Assembly (NCBI GenBank): GCA_025937785.1
Contig: JAICQQ010000018.1
Span: 3,412-67,411, forward strand
Origin: Polyangiaceae bacterium
Lineage (GTDB): Bacteria; Myxococcota_A; Polyangia; Polyangiales; Polyangiaceae
Direction: 5' to 3'
DNA length: 64,000 nucleotides
Positions 34,805 through 43,776 of this stretch are shown one piece after another; positions within the stretch are counted from its first letter, which is position 1, and each line of letters starts with the position of its first letter. The notes beneath the pieces are model-generated. The model ran no database searches, was not told the DNA's origin, and saw nothing but the letters and a program-made list of their open reading frames with translations. A program made the translations under genes and the position numbers.

Positions 34805-36007
34805 ATGAGAATCGTACCTGGAGCCTTGGGCTCAGTGGCCTTTGTTTACGCGACGACGGTCGGCGCAACGGTAGAACCACCGGCCGTTTCGGACGCACGC
34901 AGCGCGGCCCTGGGCAGTACTGGCGTCGCCTACTCCGACAGCGCTGCCGCCGTGTATCACAACCCGGCCGCCCTTTCGGGCGTCGAGCGCGGGCTGGTGA
35001 CGTTGTCCGTGTCACCATTCTTTCCGAAACTCCGCGCCCCGATTGGAGGTACCGAAGAGGACAGCGACCGGGGTTTCTTTCCTATGTTCCTGGCAGGGGG
35101 CGCCTATCGACTGACCGATGAGTTGGTGCTGGGCGTGGCCGCGTACCCGGTGCTGGGCTTTGGCGGCGAATACTCGAATCTCAGCGCCCTGGGGGGTGAA
35201 AGCCTGTCCGTGGCAGCCGCGACCTTCGAAGCGTCACCTGCGGTCTCTTACGCCATCACGGACAGGGTTTCACTCGGGCTCGGTTATCGAGTGACCTACA
35301 TGACTCAGGATGTGCATCAGGTCACCCCCGCGATGGGCCCAGGTGGTGACCCCGTCCTCGTCGCGTCCGACGTGAGCCTCTCCGGTATGAATTTCCTCGG
35401 CGTTCACGCTGGCGTCTTGGCCCACGTTGCCGACGGAACACGCCTGGGGTTGACCTACCGCAACAAGGTGACCATCGACTTGGAAGGAGAGTTCGAGTCT
35501 GCAGGCACCGAGCTCGACGCGAGCTCGGAGTTCGCAGCACCGCACACGTTCAAACTCGGCTTGGCGCAAGAACTCTTGGATGCGCAGCTGATGCTGGCCG
35601 TCGACTTGAAGTACGCGCTGTATGCAGAGTCCAGCGAAACGACATCGACCACCATCGAAGGGATCGGGACCACCGAAACGCCCCTCGATTGGAACAATTC
35701 GCTCGCAGCCGGGCTTGGCGTTGAATACCGATTGGCGAACGACGGGCCTCGGCTTCGACTGGGCTACGGCGCCACGCAAAGCGCCACGTCCGAGGACTAC
35801 CCTCAGCCCTTCCTGGCTCCCCCAGGTTTCATCCATTCCGTGCACGCTGGGGCCGGAGTGCAGCTCTCGGCGTTGGAGCTCGACCTCGGCGGGTTCTACA
35901 TGTGGAGCGGCAGCGAAGTAGAACCTGCCGCGGATTCGGGCGCCGAAGCAGGCGAGTACGCGATCAACGCCTACGTCTTCGCGGTCTCTGCGACCTACCG
36001 CATGTGA
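34805..36007 (+). CDS. FadL/OmpP1/TodX-family outer-membrane channel for hydrophobic compounds
   Basis: GGAGGGA SD. N-terminus ..SAALGSTGVAYSDSAAAVYHNPAAL matches the family signature (G.GGA..A..DA.A...NPAGL). Alternating beta-strand pattern through to the C-terminus. Confidence 0.7.
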   Translation: MRIVPGALGSVAFVYATTVGATVEPPAVSDARSAALGSTGVAYSDSAAAVYHNPAALSGVERGLVTLSVSPFFPKLRAPIGGTEEDSDRGFFPMFLAGGAYRLTDELVLGVAAYPVLGFGGEYSNLSALGGESLSVAAATFEASPAVSYAITDRVSLGLGYRVTYMTQDVHQVTPAMGPGGDPVLVASDVSLSGMNFLGVHAGVLAHVADGTRLGLTYRNKVTIDLEGEFESAGTELDASSEFAAPHTFKLGLAQELLDAQLMLAVDLKYALYAESSETTSTTIEGIGTTETPLDWNNSLAAGLGVEYRLANDGPRLRLGYGATQSATSEDYPQPFLAPPGFIHSVHAGAGVQLSALELDLGGFYMWSGSEVEPAADSGAEAGEYAINAYVFAVSATYRM

Positions 36008-36057
36008 CGGCATGGGTAGGGCGTCTTTTCGCGCCTGCGCAAGGTCGAGGCCATTTC

Positions 36058-37167
36058 GTGAGCCAGCAGCAGATCAAAGGCCAGCGGGTGCGGGTCCTCA
36101 TCGTCGACGATTCAGCCACGGCACGCGTGGCCTTGCGCGGCGCGCTCGGATGCGACCCCAGCATCGAGATCGTGGGCGAAGTCCAGCGCGCCGAGTCGGT
36201 GCTCGCGATGGTCGAGCGGCTGAGACCCGACTTGGTGACGATGGACTTGTATCTGGGTGCTCACAGTGGCGTGGATGTCGCCCGCGAGATCATGCAGACC
36301 CTTCCGACGCCAATCATAATGGTCACGGGGGGCGATCCGAGACACCCAACCCTGGTCTACGATGCGCTCCGAGCCGGAGTGATGGAGGTCGCGGGAAAAC
36401 CTCCGTCGCCTCACCACGCCGACTACGAACACAGCCGCCAAGCCCTCGCGCGCACCGTCAGGACCCTCGCTCGAGTCCCGGTGATTGCCAGACGAAGTGC
36501 ACGGTACCCTGGCGCCCGCGAGTCAACCGACACCTCTGCACCAAAGTGGTCCAGACCGAGCGCGCTGCCAAGCCGGCACCGAGTTCGATCGGACGCGACC
36601 CGGCGTCCCACTCCGCGGCTCATGGTACTCGGCGCCTCGACGGGCGGGCCGCCCGTCCTTTGCCAGATTCTGAGAGGAGTTCCGCGCGGTACTGCCGTGC
36701 CGATCGTCCTGGTGCAACACCTCGCCACGGGGTTCACGGACGGGTTCGCGCGCTGGATGGAGGCTCAGACCGGCTTGAGCGCCGTAGTCGTGCGCGAGCG
36801 TACCCGTCTCGAGGGGGGGCGTATTCACATCGCCGGTGAAGAGCGTCACCTGCAGGTCACCTCGCAAATGTACGTCGAGCCCGACGAAGGCCCCGCCGTG
36901 AACTTTCATCGGCCGGCGATCGACGTACTGTTTCGATCGGCGGCGCGACATTTCGCCGGCGATGTGCTCGCGGTTCTGTGTACGGGCCTCGGCGCCGACG
37001 GGGCCGAGGGCATGCGGGCCCTGTTCGACGCCGGCGCGCGGACGATCGCTCAAAGCTTGGAGAGCTGCGCCGTCGCCAGCATGCCGCGACGCGCCTTGCA
37101 GCTCGGCGCGGTGAAGCGCTGCCTCGCGCCCGAAGAAATCGCCGCCGAGCTCAGGAGCCTTGCCTGA
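36058..37167 (+). CDS. cheB: chemotaxis protein-glutamate methylesterase CheB (REC + methylesterase)
   Basis: REC VRVLIVDDSATARVAL..LVTMDLYLG. Catalytic Ser/His/Asp motifs VLGASTGGPPVL, VLVQHLATGF, TGLGADGAEGM. GTG 36058 avoids overlap with the FadL-like gene. Confidence 0.9.
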   Translation: MSQQQIKGQRVRVLIVDDSATARVALRGALGCDPSIEIVGEVQRAESVLAMVERLRPDLVTMDLYLGAHSGVDVAREIMQTLPTPIIMVTGGDPRHPTLVYDALRAGVMEVAGKPPSPHHADYEHSRQALARTVRTLARVPVIARRSARYPGARESTDTSAPKWSRPSALPSRHRVRSDATRRPTPRLMVLGASTGGPPVLCQILRGVPRGTAVPIVLVQHLATGFTDGFARWMEAQTGLSAVVVRERTRLEGGRIHIAGEERHLQVTSQMYVEPDEGPAVNFHRPAIDVLFRSAARHFAGDVLAVLCTGLGADGAEGMRALFDAGARTIAQSLESCAVASMPRRALQLGAVKRCLAPEEIAAELRSLA

Positions 37168-37206
37168 GCTCGGTTCCGCAGCGCCGCCCTGTGTCCGAAG
37201 ATCTGC

Positions 37207-38184
37207 TCAGCGCTTACCGCGAATGTAGGTCTGCAACGCGTCTGCGGTGTCACGCAGCGAAAGGACGGCCTGCTCTACCTGCCCTGTCGCGGCAGCGGAC
37301 GCTTGGCCTCCCTCCGCCACGTTCATCAAGGCTTCGGAGATCTGTTCGATGCCAGCCGATTGCTGACCAACGGTAGCGGAGATCTGCCGTGCATTGTCCA
37401 CGTTCGTTCCCAGTAGCTGGAGCAGGTCCTTCATTCTCGTGGAGGCCTCGTCCAGGGCGCGCCTGCCCCCCTCGGCACGCCCGACGGCTTTCCAGATGCG
37501 TTGAGCCGACTCGCGACTTTGCTCAGCGAGGCTGCGGATCTCGGAGGCTACGACGGCAAACCCACGGCCGTGCTCGCCCGCCTTGGCCGCCTCGACTCGA
37601 GCGTTGACTGCCAACAGGTTCGATTGGTTTGCGAAGTCGCGAACCGACTCTACGATTTCACCTACTTGACTGATGAGCTCCAAAACCGCACGCGCGTCTT
37701 CGACTGCTTGCATGCCCTGTTCGCCCTTGGTCTGAACGTCCGAGCTCGTGCCCATGACCTCTTGAGCGAAGGCGGCCGCAGCGTTGCTGGTCTCGGTCAA
37801 TTCTCTGATGGTCGCGCTGATCTCGGTGACGGTTGCCGACTGCTGTGCCGCCGTCGCGGCCGTTTCCTTGGCCGTGCCGGACAACTCCACCGTGCTGGCC
37901 AGGATCGCCTCTGCGTGTTTCTCCACGCGGGTCACCACGGTGCGGTACAGCATGAACAGGATGGGTACCGTCACGACAGCGCCCAGGCCGGCTAGACCGA
38001 GCATCGTGCGCAGATCGCCCTCGGCCCCCATGATGAACGTCAAGAGGCAGTTGAAGGCAATCAACGACAGGACGATGCTGAAGAGCCGTGTGGCGAGACC
38101 GCTCCGGAAACGCAGGTACACCCCCCCAACGACGGCTACGAGACAACCAAGCAGGACAACCACGAAGACTGTGTAAGAACCCAT
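37207..38184 (-). CDS. methyl-accepting chemotaxis protein, membrane-embedded minimal type (no periplasmic or HAMP domain evident)
   Basis: AAGGAGA SD before ATG 38184. About 95 aa of closely spaced hydrophobic helices, then a signalling domain with hairpin-tip motif NLLAVNARVEAAKAGEHGRGFAVVASEIRSLAEQS. Confidence 0.9.
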   Translation of the reverse strand: MGSYTVFVVVLLGCLVAVVGGVYLRFRSGLATRLFSIVLSLIAFNCLLTFIMGAEGDLRTMLGLAGLGAVVTVPILFMLYRTVVTRVEKHAEAILASTVELSGTAKETAATAAQQSATVTEISATIRELTETSNAAAAFAQEVMGTSSDVQTKGEQGMQAVEDARAVLELISQVGEIVESVRDFANQSNLLAVNARVEAAKAGEHGRGFAVVASEIRSLAEQSRESAQRIWKAVGRAEGGRRALDEASTRMKDLLQLLGTNVDNARQISATVGQQSAGIEQISEALMNVAEGGQASAAATGQVEQAVLSLRDTADALQTYIRGKR

Positions 38185-38227
38185 ATCAATGTTCTCCTTG
38201 ATGGTCGCCGAGCGACCCGCGGGGCGC

Positions 38228-39724
38228 TCAGCCCGCTCCCCAGAACCGATCGTGCAATGCGACGGTCGCCACACGGTTTCCTTCGAGCACCGAGTCCAGA
38301 AACTGGACGTGCCGTTCGATGCCCGCTCCGCGGACGGTGAATCGCAGTAAACACGCGCGCTCCTCGACGTAGGCCCCGACGGCCTGTTCTAGACGCTGGT
38401 GCGCATGCTCCAGGGCCGTGGCTCGCGGACAGCCTTCCTCCTGGGCGATGCACTCCACCAGGTTGATCTTGCCTTTTCTGGCGTCGCGTTCGGTGGAAAG
38501 AATGTCATTCACCCAGAATATCACGCGAGTGTTCGCCGCCTCGACCCGCTCCAGGGCCTCCCAAGCCTCGGGTCCTTCGATCTCTGCGCCTTCGGTCAAG
38601 CGCCAGAGCTCGATGTAAGGAAAATGGGCGATCAGGTGCTCGCGCTGGACCAGGTACTCGTCGAGCGCCGGAACCCCTCGACCCCGCTGGAGCCACTCTG
38701 CCTCCCATTCGAAGGCATCGAACATGGCCAGCATACGGCGCCGGAATCGATCGAGGGCCACGCCAGGCAGCTCTGCAGCGAGGCGAGTCAGGAAGTTCTG
38801 GGTCGCTCTCGACTCCGGCCGCGGCAAAGGGTCGTTCCCCTGACAAACGCCGCGAACGTCGCGTAGAGTCGATCGCTTGTAGTCGTCAGAAGGAAGATCG
38901 TTGAGGCACAAAAACCAAGCCAGATACTCCGTCGCGAGCTCTATGCCTCGTCGTGTCGGCTTCGGCGCTGAGCAATAACGCGCGTACTCCGCCGCCACCT
39001 GGACATAGCTCCTCCGAGCGAAGCCAGTTTCTTCTACCCAACGCGAAAGGGTACGATTCACGACCTCCATCTCTTCGGTACCCAAAGAGTACAAACGGAA
39101 AGGCAAGGCGCGCACGCCTCTGTCGTCGTCTGTCGTGCTCGGTGAACAGTCAGCGTTATCTCGTTCCTTCATGGCGAACTCCGTATCGTTGGTACTCCAG
39201 CACTCCGCAGCCAGCTTCGAGACTTCGACGAGCGGAAGCGACCCTCCCGGTTCTTGGACGACCGCGACGAGGAATTTCGCAAAGCACACGCCGGCCGCTG
39301 GCTCGTCGACATCCTCGAGGTTCACCGTCAAAACATCGACGACCTCGTCGACTAGGAGGCCCACTCGCCCCCACGCGGTGCCGCAAATCACGATCAGCTC
39401 ACTTGAGGCGATCACATGAGGCTCGCCCTCGAACCGCTGCCGGACGTCGACCACGACAATGCTCGTTCCATGATGGTTCAGTGCGCCGACGACCCACGGC
39501 GCCGACTCCGGAAGCGGCGCGAGCTCGGCTACCGGCACGACCACGTCGACGGATTGGATCGGCAAACCGAACCTCTGCTGCTCCGCGCGGCATACCAGGA
39601 GCGTGATCTTCGTGTCTCCTAGCTGGGTGCGGCCGATCCTAGTCACTAGCTCTCGGCGCAGCCCGACGAGCTCTGCCTGCAAGCTGCCCAGTCGCGCCAG
39701 CAACGCGGCTACTTCTTGCGCCAT
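38228..39724 (-). CDS. CheW domain fused to class-I terpene-synthase-like domain (variant metal-binding motifs)
   Basis: Residues ~38-175: CheW-like (LLVCRAEQQRFGLPIQSVDVVVPV..PWVVGALNHHGTSIVVVDVRQRF..VGLLVDEV). Residues ~205-498 align by eye with bacterial sesquiterpene synthases: LATEYLAWFLCLNDLPSDD vs ..MSWFFLFDDLFD.., DEYLVQREHLIAHFP vs ..YLAMRRHTIG.., VIFWVNDILSTERDARKGKINLV vs ..LLLNDIASLEKEEARGE.N.V. The start overlaps the cheA stop by 16 nt. Confidence 0.75.
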   Translation of the reverse strand: MAQEVAALLARLGSLQAELVGLRRELVTRIGRTQLGDTKITLLVCRAEQQRFGLPIQSVDVVVPVAELAPLPESAPWVVGALNHHGTSIVVVDVRQRFEGEPHVIASSELIVICGTAWGRVGLLVDEVVDVLTVNLEDVDEPAAGVCFAKFLVAVVQEPGGSLPLVEVSKLAAECWSTNDTEFAMKERDNADCSPSTTDDDRGVRALPFRLYSLGTEEMEVVNRTLSRWVEETGFARRSYVQVAAEYARYCSAPKPTRRGIELATEYLAWFLCLNDLPSDDYKRSTLRDVRGVCQGNDPLPRPESRATQNFLTRLAAELPGVALDRFRRRMLAMFDAFEWEAEWLQRGRGVPALDEYLVQREHLIAHFPYIELWRLTEGAEIEGPEAWEALERVEAANTRVIFWVNDILSTERDARKGKINLVECIAQEEGCPRATALEHAHQRLEQAVGAYVEERACLLRFTVRGAGIERHVQFLDSVLEGNRVATVALHDRFWGAG

Positions 39725-41940
39725 CGCTCTCCCCTTCCGTAGAGATGCCGCTCCACCGCGAGCAGCAGCTTGTCATGGTCGAACTGTCCCTTGACCAGGT
39801 ACTCGTCTGCACCCGCCGCCGCCCCCGCCTGAATATCGCTCTCGCGGCCGCGGCTCGTGACGAGCACGATGGGCAGGCCCTTACGCAGGGGGTCCGTGCG
39901 TATGCGGCGCGTCAACTCGAGGCCGTCCATGCCCGGCATTTCGATGTCGCTCAGCAACAGGTCGAACTGCTTTTGCCGTAGCTTGTCCCACGCTTCGACG
40001 CCGTCCACGGCGACCTCGACAGCGTAGCCGGCGGAGGTCAGGATGTTACGCTGCAGCGTTCGCTGGGTGAGCGAATCGTCGACGACGAGAATGCGTAGCG
40101 AGGTCGAAGTAAGTCGGCTGCGCCCGGCCTGACTCGGCGTGGTGGCGGTATTCAGGAACCTCTTGCGCAGCAGAAAGCCGATCTCCAGCGCGATCGCCAG
40201 CGAGCCGTCGTCCAAAACCACCACGCCGTGCATCCCCTGGATGCGCCGAATGTTCCATGGGAGGCGGCGGGTCACGCATTCCTGCTGCTCCAGCACTTCA
40301 TCGACGACCAAGGCCATGCGCTCGCCGGCGCAGTCGAGCACCACCACGTCGAGGTGTCCATGCACGTCCCGGATACGCGGGTCGTCGTCACGCAGTGCCA
40401 ACACAGCGATCGGTTCGGGATCGTTTCCCTCCAGTACGGGAAAGCCGTTGAAGGAGCGCACCTCACTGCGATTCACGCGTAGCGCTCGCTCCACGTAGAT
40501 GGTCGGCAGCATGTAGACCGTGCCATCGACCTTTACCAGCAGGCCCGTTGTCGCCAGTACGCTGACCGGGACCTCGAATCGAAAGCAGGTTCCCATGCCG
40601 CTGCCCGCGGAGCTGAGCGTGCACGTACCTCCGACGGAGGCTAGCTCCTCTCGTACGGCAGCGAGACCAACACCCCGGCCACTGATCGAACTCAGCTCCT
40701 TCGCCGTAGAGAAGCCGTCGAGAAAGAGCAAGTCCAACTTCTCTTGGCTCGTCATGCGCTCGCTTGCTTCTTTGCTCACGATGCCGCGTTCCACCGCTGC
40801 TTTCGCCACCTCGTCGGCGATCGAGCCTTTGCCGTCGTCCCTGATCTCGATAGCGACTCCGCCGCCCGACATGCGGGCGACGATGGACACGGAACCGGCA
40901 TCGGGCTTACCGAGCAAGTGTCGCTCTTGCCAGGGTTCCACGCCATGGTCGACTGCGTTACGTAGCACGTGAACGATTGGGTCGCGGATGTGTTCGAGCA
41001 CGCGCTTGTCCACCGCGGTGTCGCCCACGTCCAGCGTAAGGCGTACCTTCTTGCCCAACGTTTCAGCCGCTTCGCGTACGACCCTGCGCCATTGCGGAGC
41101 GATGGTGGACAGCGCCACCGTGCGAATCTTGTGAATCTCGAGCGTCAGATCGTCGACCACGCGCGCCATGGCGGAGTGCGCTGCGCGCCCGCTGGTCAAG
41201 GCGTGACGCAACATACGCCCAGTAGCTTCGTCGGTGTCGTGACCGCGCGCGACTTCCGTGAGCGATTCGACGTGCTTGCCCCACGCTCCGCGAAGCCTCA
41301 GCAGTTCATCGAGGTGATTGGCGAGCGCGTCCAGGCGCTCGGTGCTTACCCGCAGGTAGTTGTTCGATTGCTCTTGGGGTCCGGGAGCGCTCTCATGGGG
41401 TTCAGCCGCAGGAGACGAAGCATCGGCGCCCGCGAGCGCGGAAGCGTCCGCGGCGGTTCCGCGCTCAGTGCTCGAGGCGCTCCCGCTCTGCCCGCCACCA
41501 TGGTCTCCTACTGGGCCACTGGATCCGTGCATCGACACGGCGGCGTCGCTCTCCTGCGCCACCGACTCGAGTCGTTCTATCAGACGGCTGACCGTCGAAG
41601 CATCGCTCACGCGCGTCTGCTCCGCGAGGCTTTGCATGGCAATCACGGCAGCTTCGAGCACGCGGATCTGCTCTGGATTCGGCAGGGCCGCGCGATGTTG
41701 CAGCAGGGCCAGCACGCTCTCGAAGGCGTGAGCAACCTGGGACAGCTCATTCAAGCCTACTGAGCCGCTCGCGCCTTTCAGATTGTGGGCCAGGCGCATC
41801 GCAGCTCGAATCGTCTCACTCAACCTGGGCCCTTGCGCGCTCGGCAGCTCGGCGATCAAGCTTGCCAGACCATCGAAGAGCTCCCCGACCTCGGAGCGAA
41901 ATGCTTCGATGAGCTCTCGCATCAGGTCGTCGTCTGACAA
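39709..41940 (-). CDS. cheA: hybrid CheA histidine kinase with C-terminal receiver domain
   Basis: HPt (AHNLKGASGSVGL), N-box HVLRNAVDHGVE, G-boxes DDGKG / GRGVGLAAV, CheW-like P5 domain, C-terminal REC (LRILVVDDS..LLLSDIEMPGMDG..LVTS..K). GGAGG precedes TTG 41940. Confidence 0.92.
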   Translation of the reverse strand: MSDDDLMRELIEAFRSEVGELFDGLASLIAELPSAQGPRLSETIRAAMRLAHNLKGASGSVGLNELSQVAHAFESVLALLQHRAALPNPEQIRVLEAAVIAMQSLAEQTRVSDASTVSRLIERLESVAQESDAAVSMHGSSGPVGDHGGGQSGSASSTERGTAADASALAGADASSPAAEPHESAPGPQEQSNNYLRVSTERLDALANHLDELLRLRGAWGKHVESLTEVARGHDTDEATGRMLRHALTSGRAAHSAMARVVDDLTLEIHKIRTVALSTIAPQWRRVVREAAETLGKKVRLTLDVGDTAVDKRVLEHIRDPIVHVLRNAVDHGVEPWQERHLLGKPDAGSVSIVARMSGGGVAIEIRDDGKGSIADEVAKAAVERGIVSKEASERMTSQEKLDLLFLDGFSTAKELSSISGRGVGLAAVREELASVGGTCTLSSAGSGMGTCFRFEVPVSVLATTGLLVKVDGTVYMLPTIYVERALRVNRSEVRSFNGFPVLEGNDPEPIAVLALRDDDPRIRDVHGHLDVVVLDCAGERMALVVDEVLEQQECVTRRLPWNIRRIQGMHGVVVLDDGSLAIALEIGFLLRKRFLNTATTPSQAGRSRLTSTSLRILVVDDSLTQRTLQRNILTSAGYAVEVAVDGVEAWDKLRQKQFDLLLSDIEMPGMDGLELTRRIRTDPLRKGLPIVLVTSRGRESDIQAGAAAGADEYLVKGQFDHDKLLLAVERHLYGRGERWRKK

Positions 41941-42036
41941 TCGACCTCCGCCCTCGCGTCCGGCGTGCCCGCTCCGCGCATTCGATTCACTGCTTCCGTC
42001 ACGCGCCAGGTCTCCGACAGCAGCAGCAACGCGCTG

Positions 42037-42585
42037 CTAAACCTCTGCCCGATCATCCACTATGAGACGTGGATCTTCCAAGAAGCGCTTCGCGTCCAAG
42101 ATGGAAACCAGATCGCTCGAGACGGCTGCGATGGGCCTGCCGGTAGATCCGAGCGTCGCGGCTAGCTCGTGGCTCAACTGATCCTGGCGAAAATCGACGA
42201 ACCCGAGCACCTCGTCCACGAGGACCCCGAGCAAGCCACGAGGTCCCTCCAAGACAGCCAGGGCGCCGGACTCGGCGACGTACGGTGCGTCGAACCAGTG
42301 ACCCAGTTGCGCCACGGAGATCAGCTCTCCACGCACCTGTGCCAGGCCAGCCAACCATCGGGGCGCCTGCGGCACGGGCGTCAGCTTGACGTTGTAAAAC
42401 GCACCCCACAGTGACTCTATCGGAAGTCCGATTCGCTCGGCGCCCAATCGAACCACCACGAATGATAGCACCACCTGGTCCCGATCGAGCGTCAGGGGGC
42501 GAGCGAGTGCCTCGGCGCGACAACGGAGCACCGACGCGTCGCCTTCGGTCAACTTACTCCTTTTCATTCCTGCCAACGGTACCAC
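42037..42585 (-). CDS. cheW: CheW coupling protein
   Basis: 182 aa. FVVVRLGAERIGLPIESL..RWLAGLAQVRGELISV..LGVLVDEVLGFVDF is typical CheW. Confidence 0.85.
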   Translation of the reverse strand: MVPLAGMKRSKLTEGDASVLRCRAEALARPLTLDRDQVVLSFVVVRLGAERIGLPIESLWGAFYNVKLTPVPQAPRWLAGLAQVRGELISVAQLGHWFDAPYVAESGALAVLEGPRGLLGVLVDEVLGFVDFRQDQLSHELAATLGSTGRPIAAVSSDLVSILDAKRFLEDPRLIVDDRAEV

Positions 42586-42658
42586 CTTCGCGCTGCGTGC
42601 GTACGCTCGAATCTCCAGCGCGCCCGAGTCTCACGGAGCAGTCACCGGACTTTGACCA

Positions 42659-43729
42659 CTACTTCGCAATTGCGCCGAGCTGACTTGCGAGCGATGCATT
42701 CACGGAGCATGTACCGAGCGAGGCTGCGCTCGCCAACGCTTGCGCCCCTACCACGGTGCTCAACGCCTCACTGCCGAAGTAGCGCGGTGTTCGGCCATAT
42801 CGAAAGAACGGTGAGATCGCCCACGAGCCGTCCTCGCGGCGTGCGCTCGCGACCACCAAAAGGTCTTCCCCCGCTTGCAGGCCGACGTTGGCACATGCGG
42901 CGACGCGCAGCGCCCGATCGAAGCAGGGCGTATCGGCTCCTTGGCGGTCGAGGAGGCGCTGGCAGAGGGGTTCGAGCAAGGCAGCGCGAGGTCCGGGAAA
43001 GTCACGCGCCAGCCTTGAAACGAAGTACAAGAAGACATCGGGCGAAGGGTAATAGCGTGTCCCGAACAGATACGCGTCGGACTTCAGAAACTCGGTGAGA
43101 CATCGCCACGAAGGCGCCGCTTCTTCGAAGCGCTGAAGTTGACAGAGAAGGTACATGACGTTGGCTAGAACACAGTGGTCGATTCTGCCGCGGTGTTCGG
43201 GGCTCGCTCGATAATACACCTCCAGGATCCCGGCTTCGTTGGTGTTGGTCAGCATGGCGTCTACGCTTTGGCTGACTCTAGTTTCACCGGTGCCGAGTCG
43301 GAGACACAGCGAATGCGCCACCGCGGTGCAATCGAGGTCTGCGTCCAGGAGCGCCCGGTCCTGAAAGAAATGAACGAAGCCTTCTTCGTTGAACGCTCGT
43401 CGCATCAGCTGCAGACAGTTCTCGAGAGTGTCACTCGTGGCACCGGCGTCCATCAGACATTGCGCGATGATCCCCGTCGTAAACACTTCGGGCGGACTGC
43501 GGTACGGTCGAGAGAAGTCTCGATAGTCGGAGAGATAGCTGGGGAATCCAGTCTCCGCGTCGAACTGCCTCTGAATGAATGCCAGCGACTGTTCGAAGTC
43601 TTGCAGGGCGGCGTCATGGCGCGCCGGAACCACCACGCTGTGCTTCGGAGTACCCCGCATTTCCAGCCCCGACATGTAGTACATGATACTCGAGGCGCGC
43701 CTGGCGCGCAGGTCAACAATTCTTGACAT
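42659..43729 (-). CDS. alpha/alpha-toroid (prenyltransferase/squalene-cyclase-repeat, class-II terpene-cyclase-like) protein, tentative
   Basis: LLDADLDCTAVAHSL echoes the class-II cyclase DxDDTA motif. Helix-pair patterns are present (TTGIIAQCLMDAG, CVLANVMYLLCQL, RVAACANVGL), and a repeat-like REDGSWAISPFF lies near the C-terminus. Codons visibly use more A/T at third positions than neighbouring genes. The ORF opens with TTG at 43768; ATG 43729 is the alternative start. Confidence 0.45.
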   Translation of the reverse strand: MSRIVDLRARRASSIMYYMSGLEMRGTPKHSVVVPARHDAALQDFEQSLAFIQRQFDAETGFPSYLSDYRDFSRPYRSPPEVFTTGIIAQCLMDAGATSDTLENCLQLMRRAFNEEGFVHFFQDRALLDADLDCTAVAHSLCLRLGTGETRVSQSVDAMLTNTNEAGILEVYYRASPEHRGRIDHCVLANVMYLLCQLQRFEEAAPSWRCLTEFLKSDAYLFGTRYYPSPDVFLYFVSRLARDFPGPRAALLEPLCQRLLDRQGADTPCFDRALRVAACANVGLQAGEDLLVVASARREDGSWAISPFFRYGRTPRYFGSEALSTVVGAQALASAASLGTCSVNASLASQLGAIAK

Positions 43730-43776
43730 CGCGTGTGCTAGGGCAAGCGTCGTTAGGACTGTCAGCAATGTAGCGG

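Noticed and set aside
35902-36057. N-terminal extension of cheB (ORF opens at 35902). The same issue applies to cheR (44231) and cheY (43807).
   Set aside because: The extensions overlap the preceding genes or intergenic DNA and lack domain similarity. Internal starts give canonical REC/CheR N-termini.
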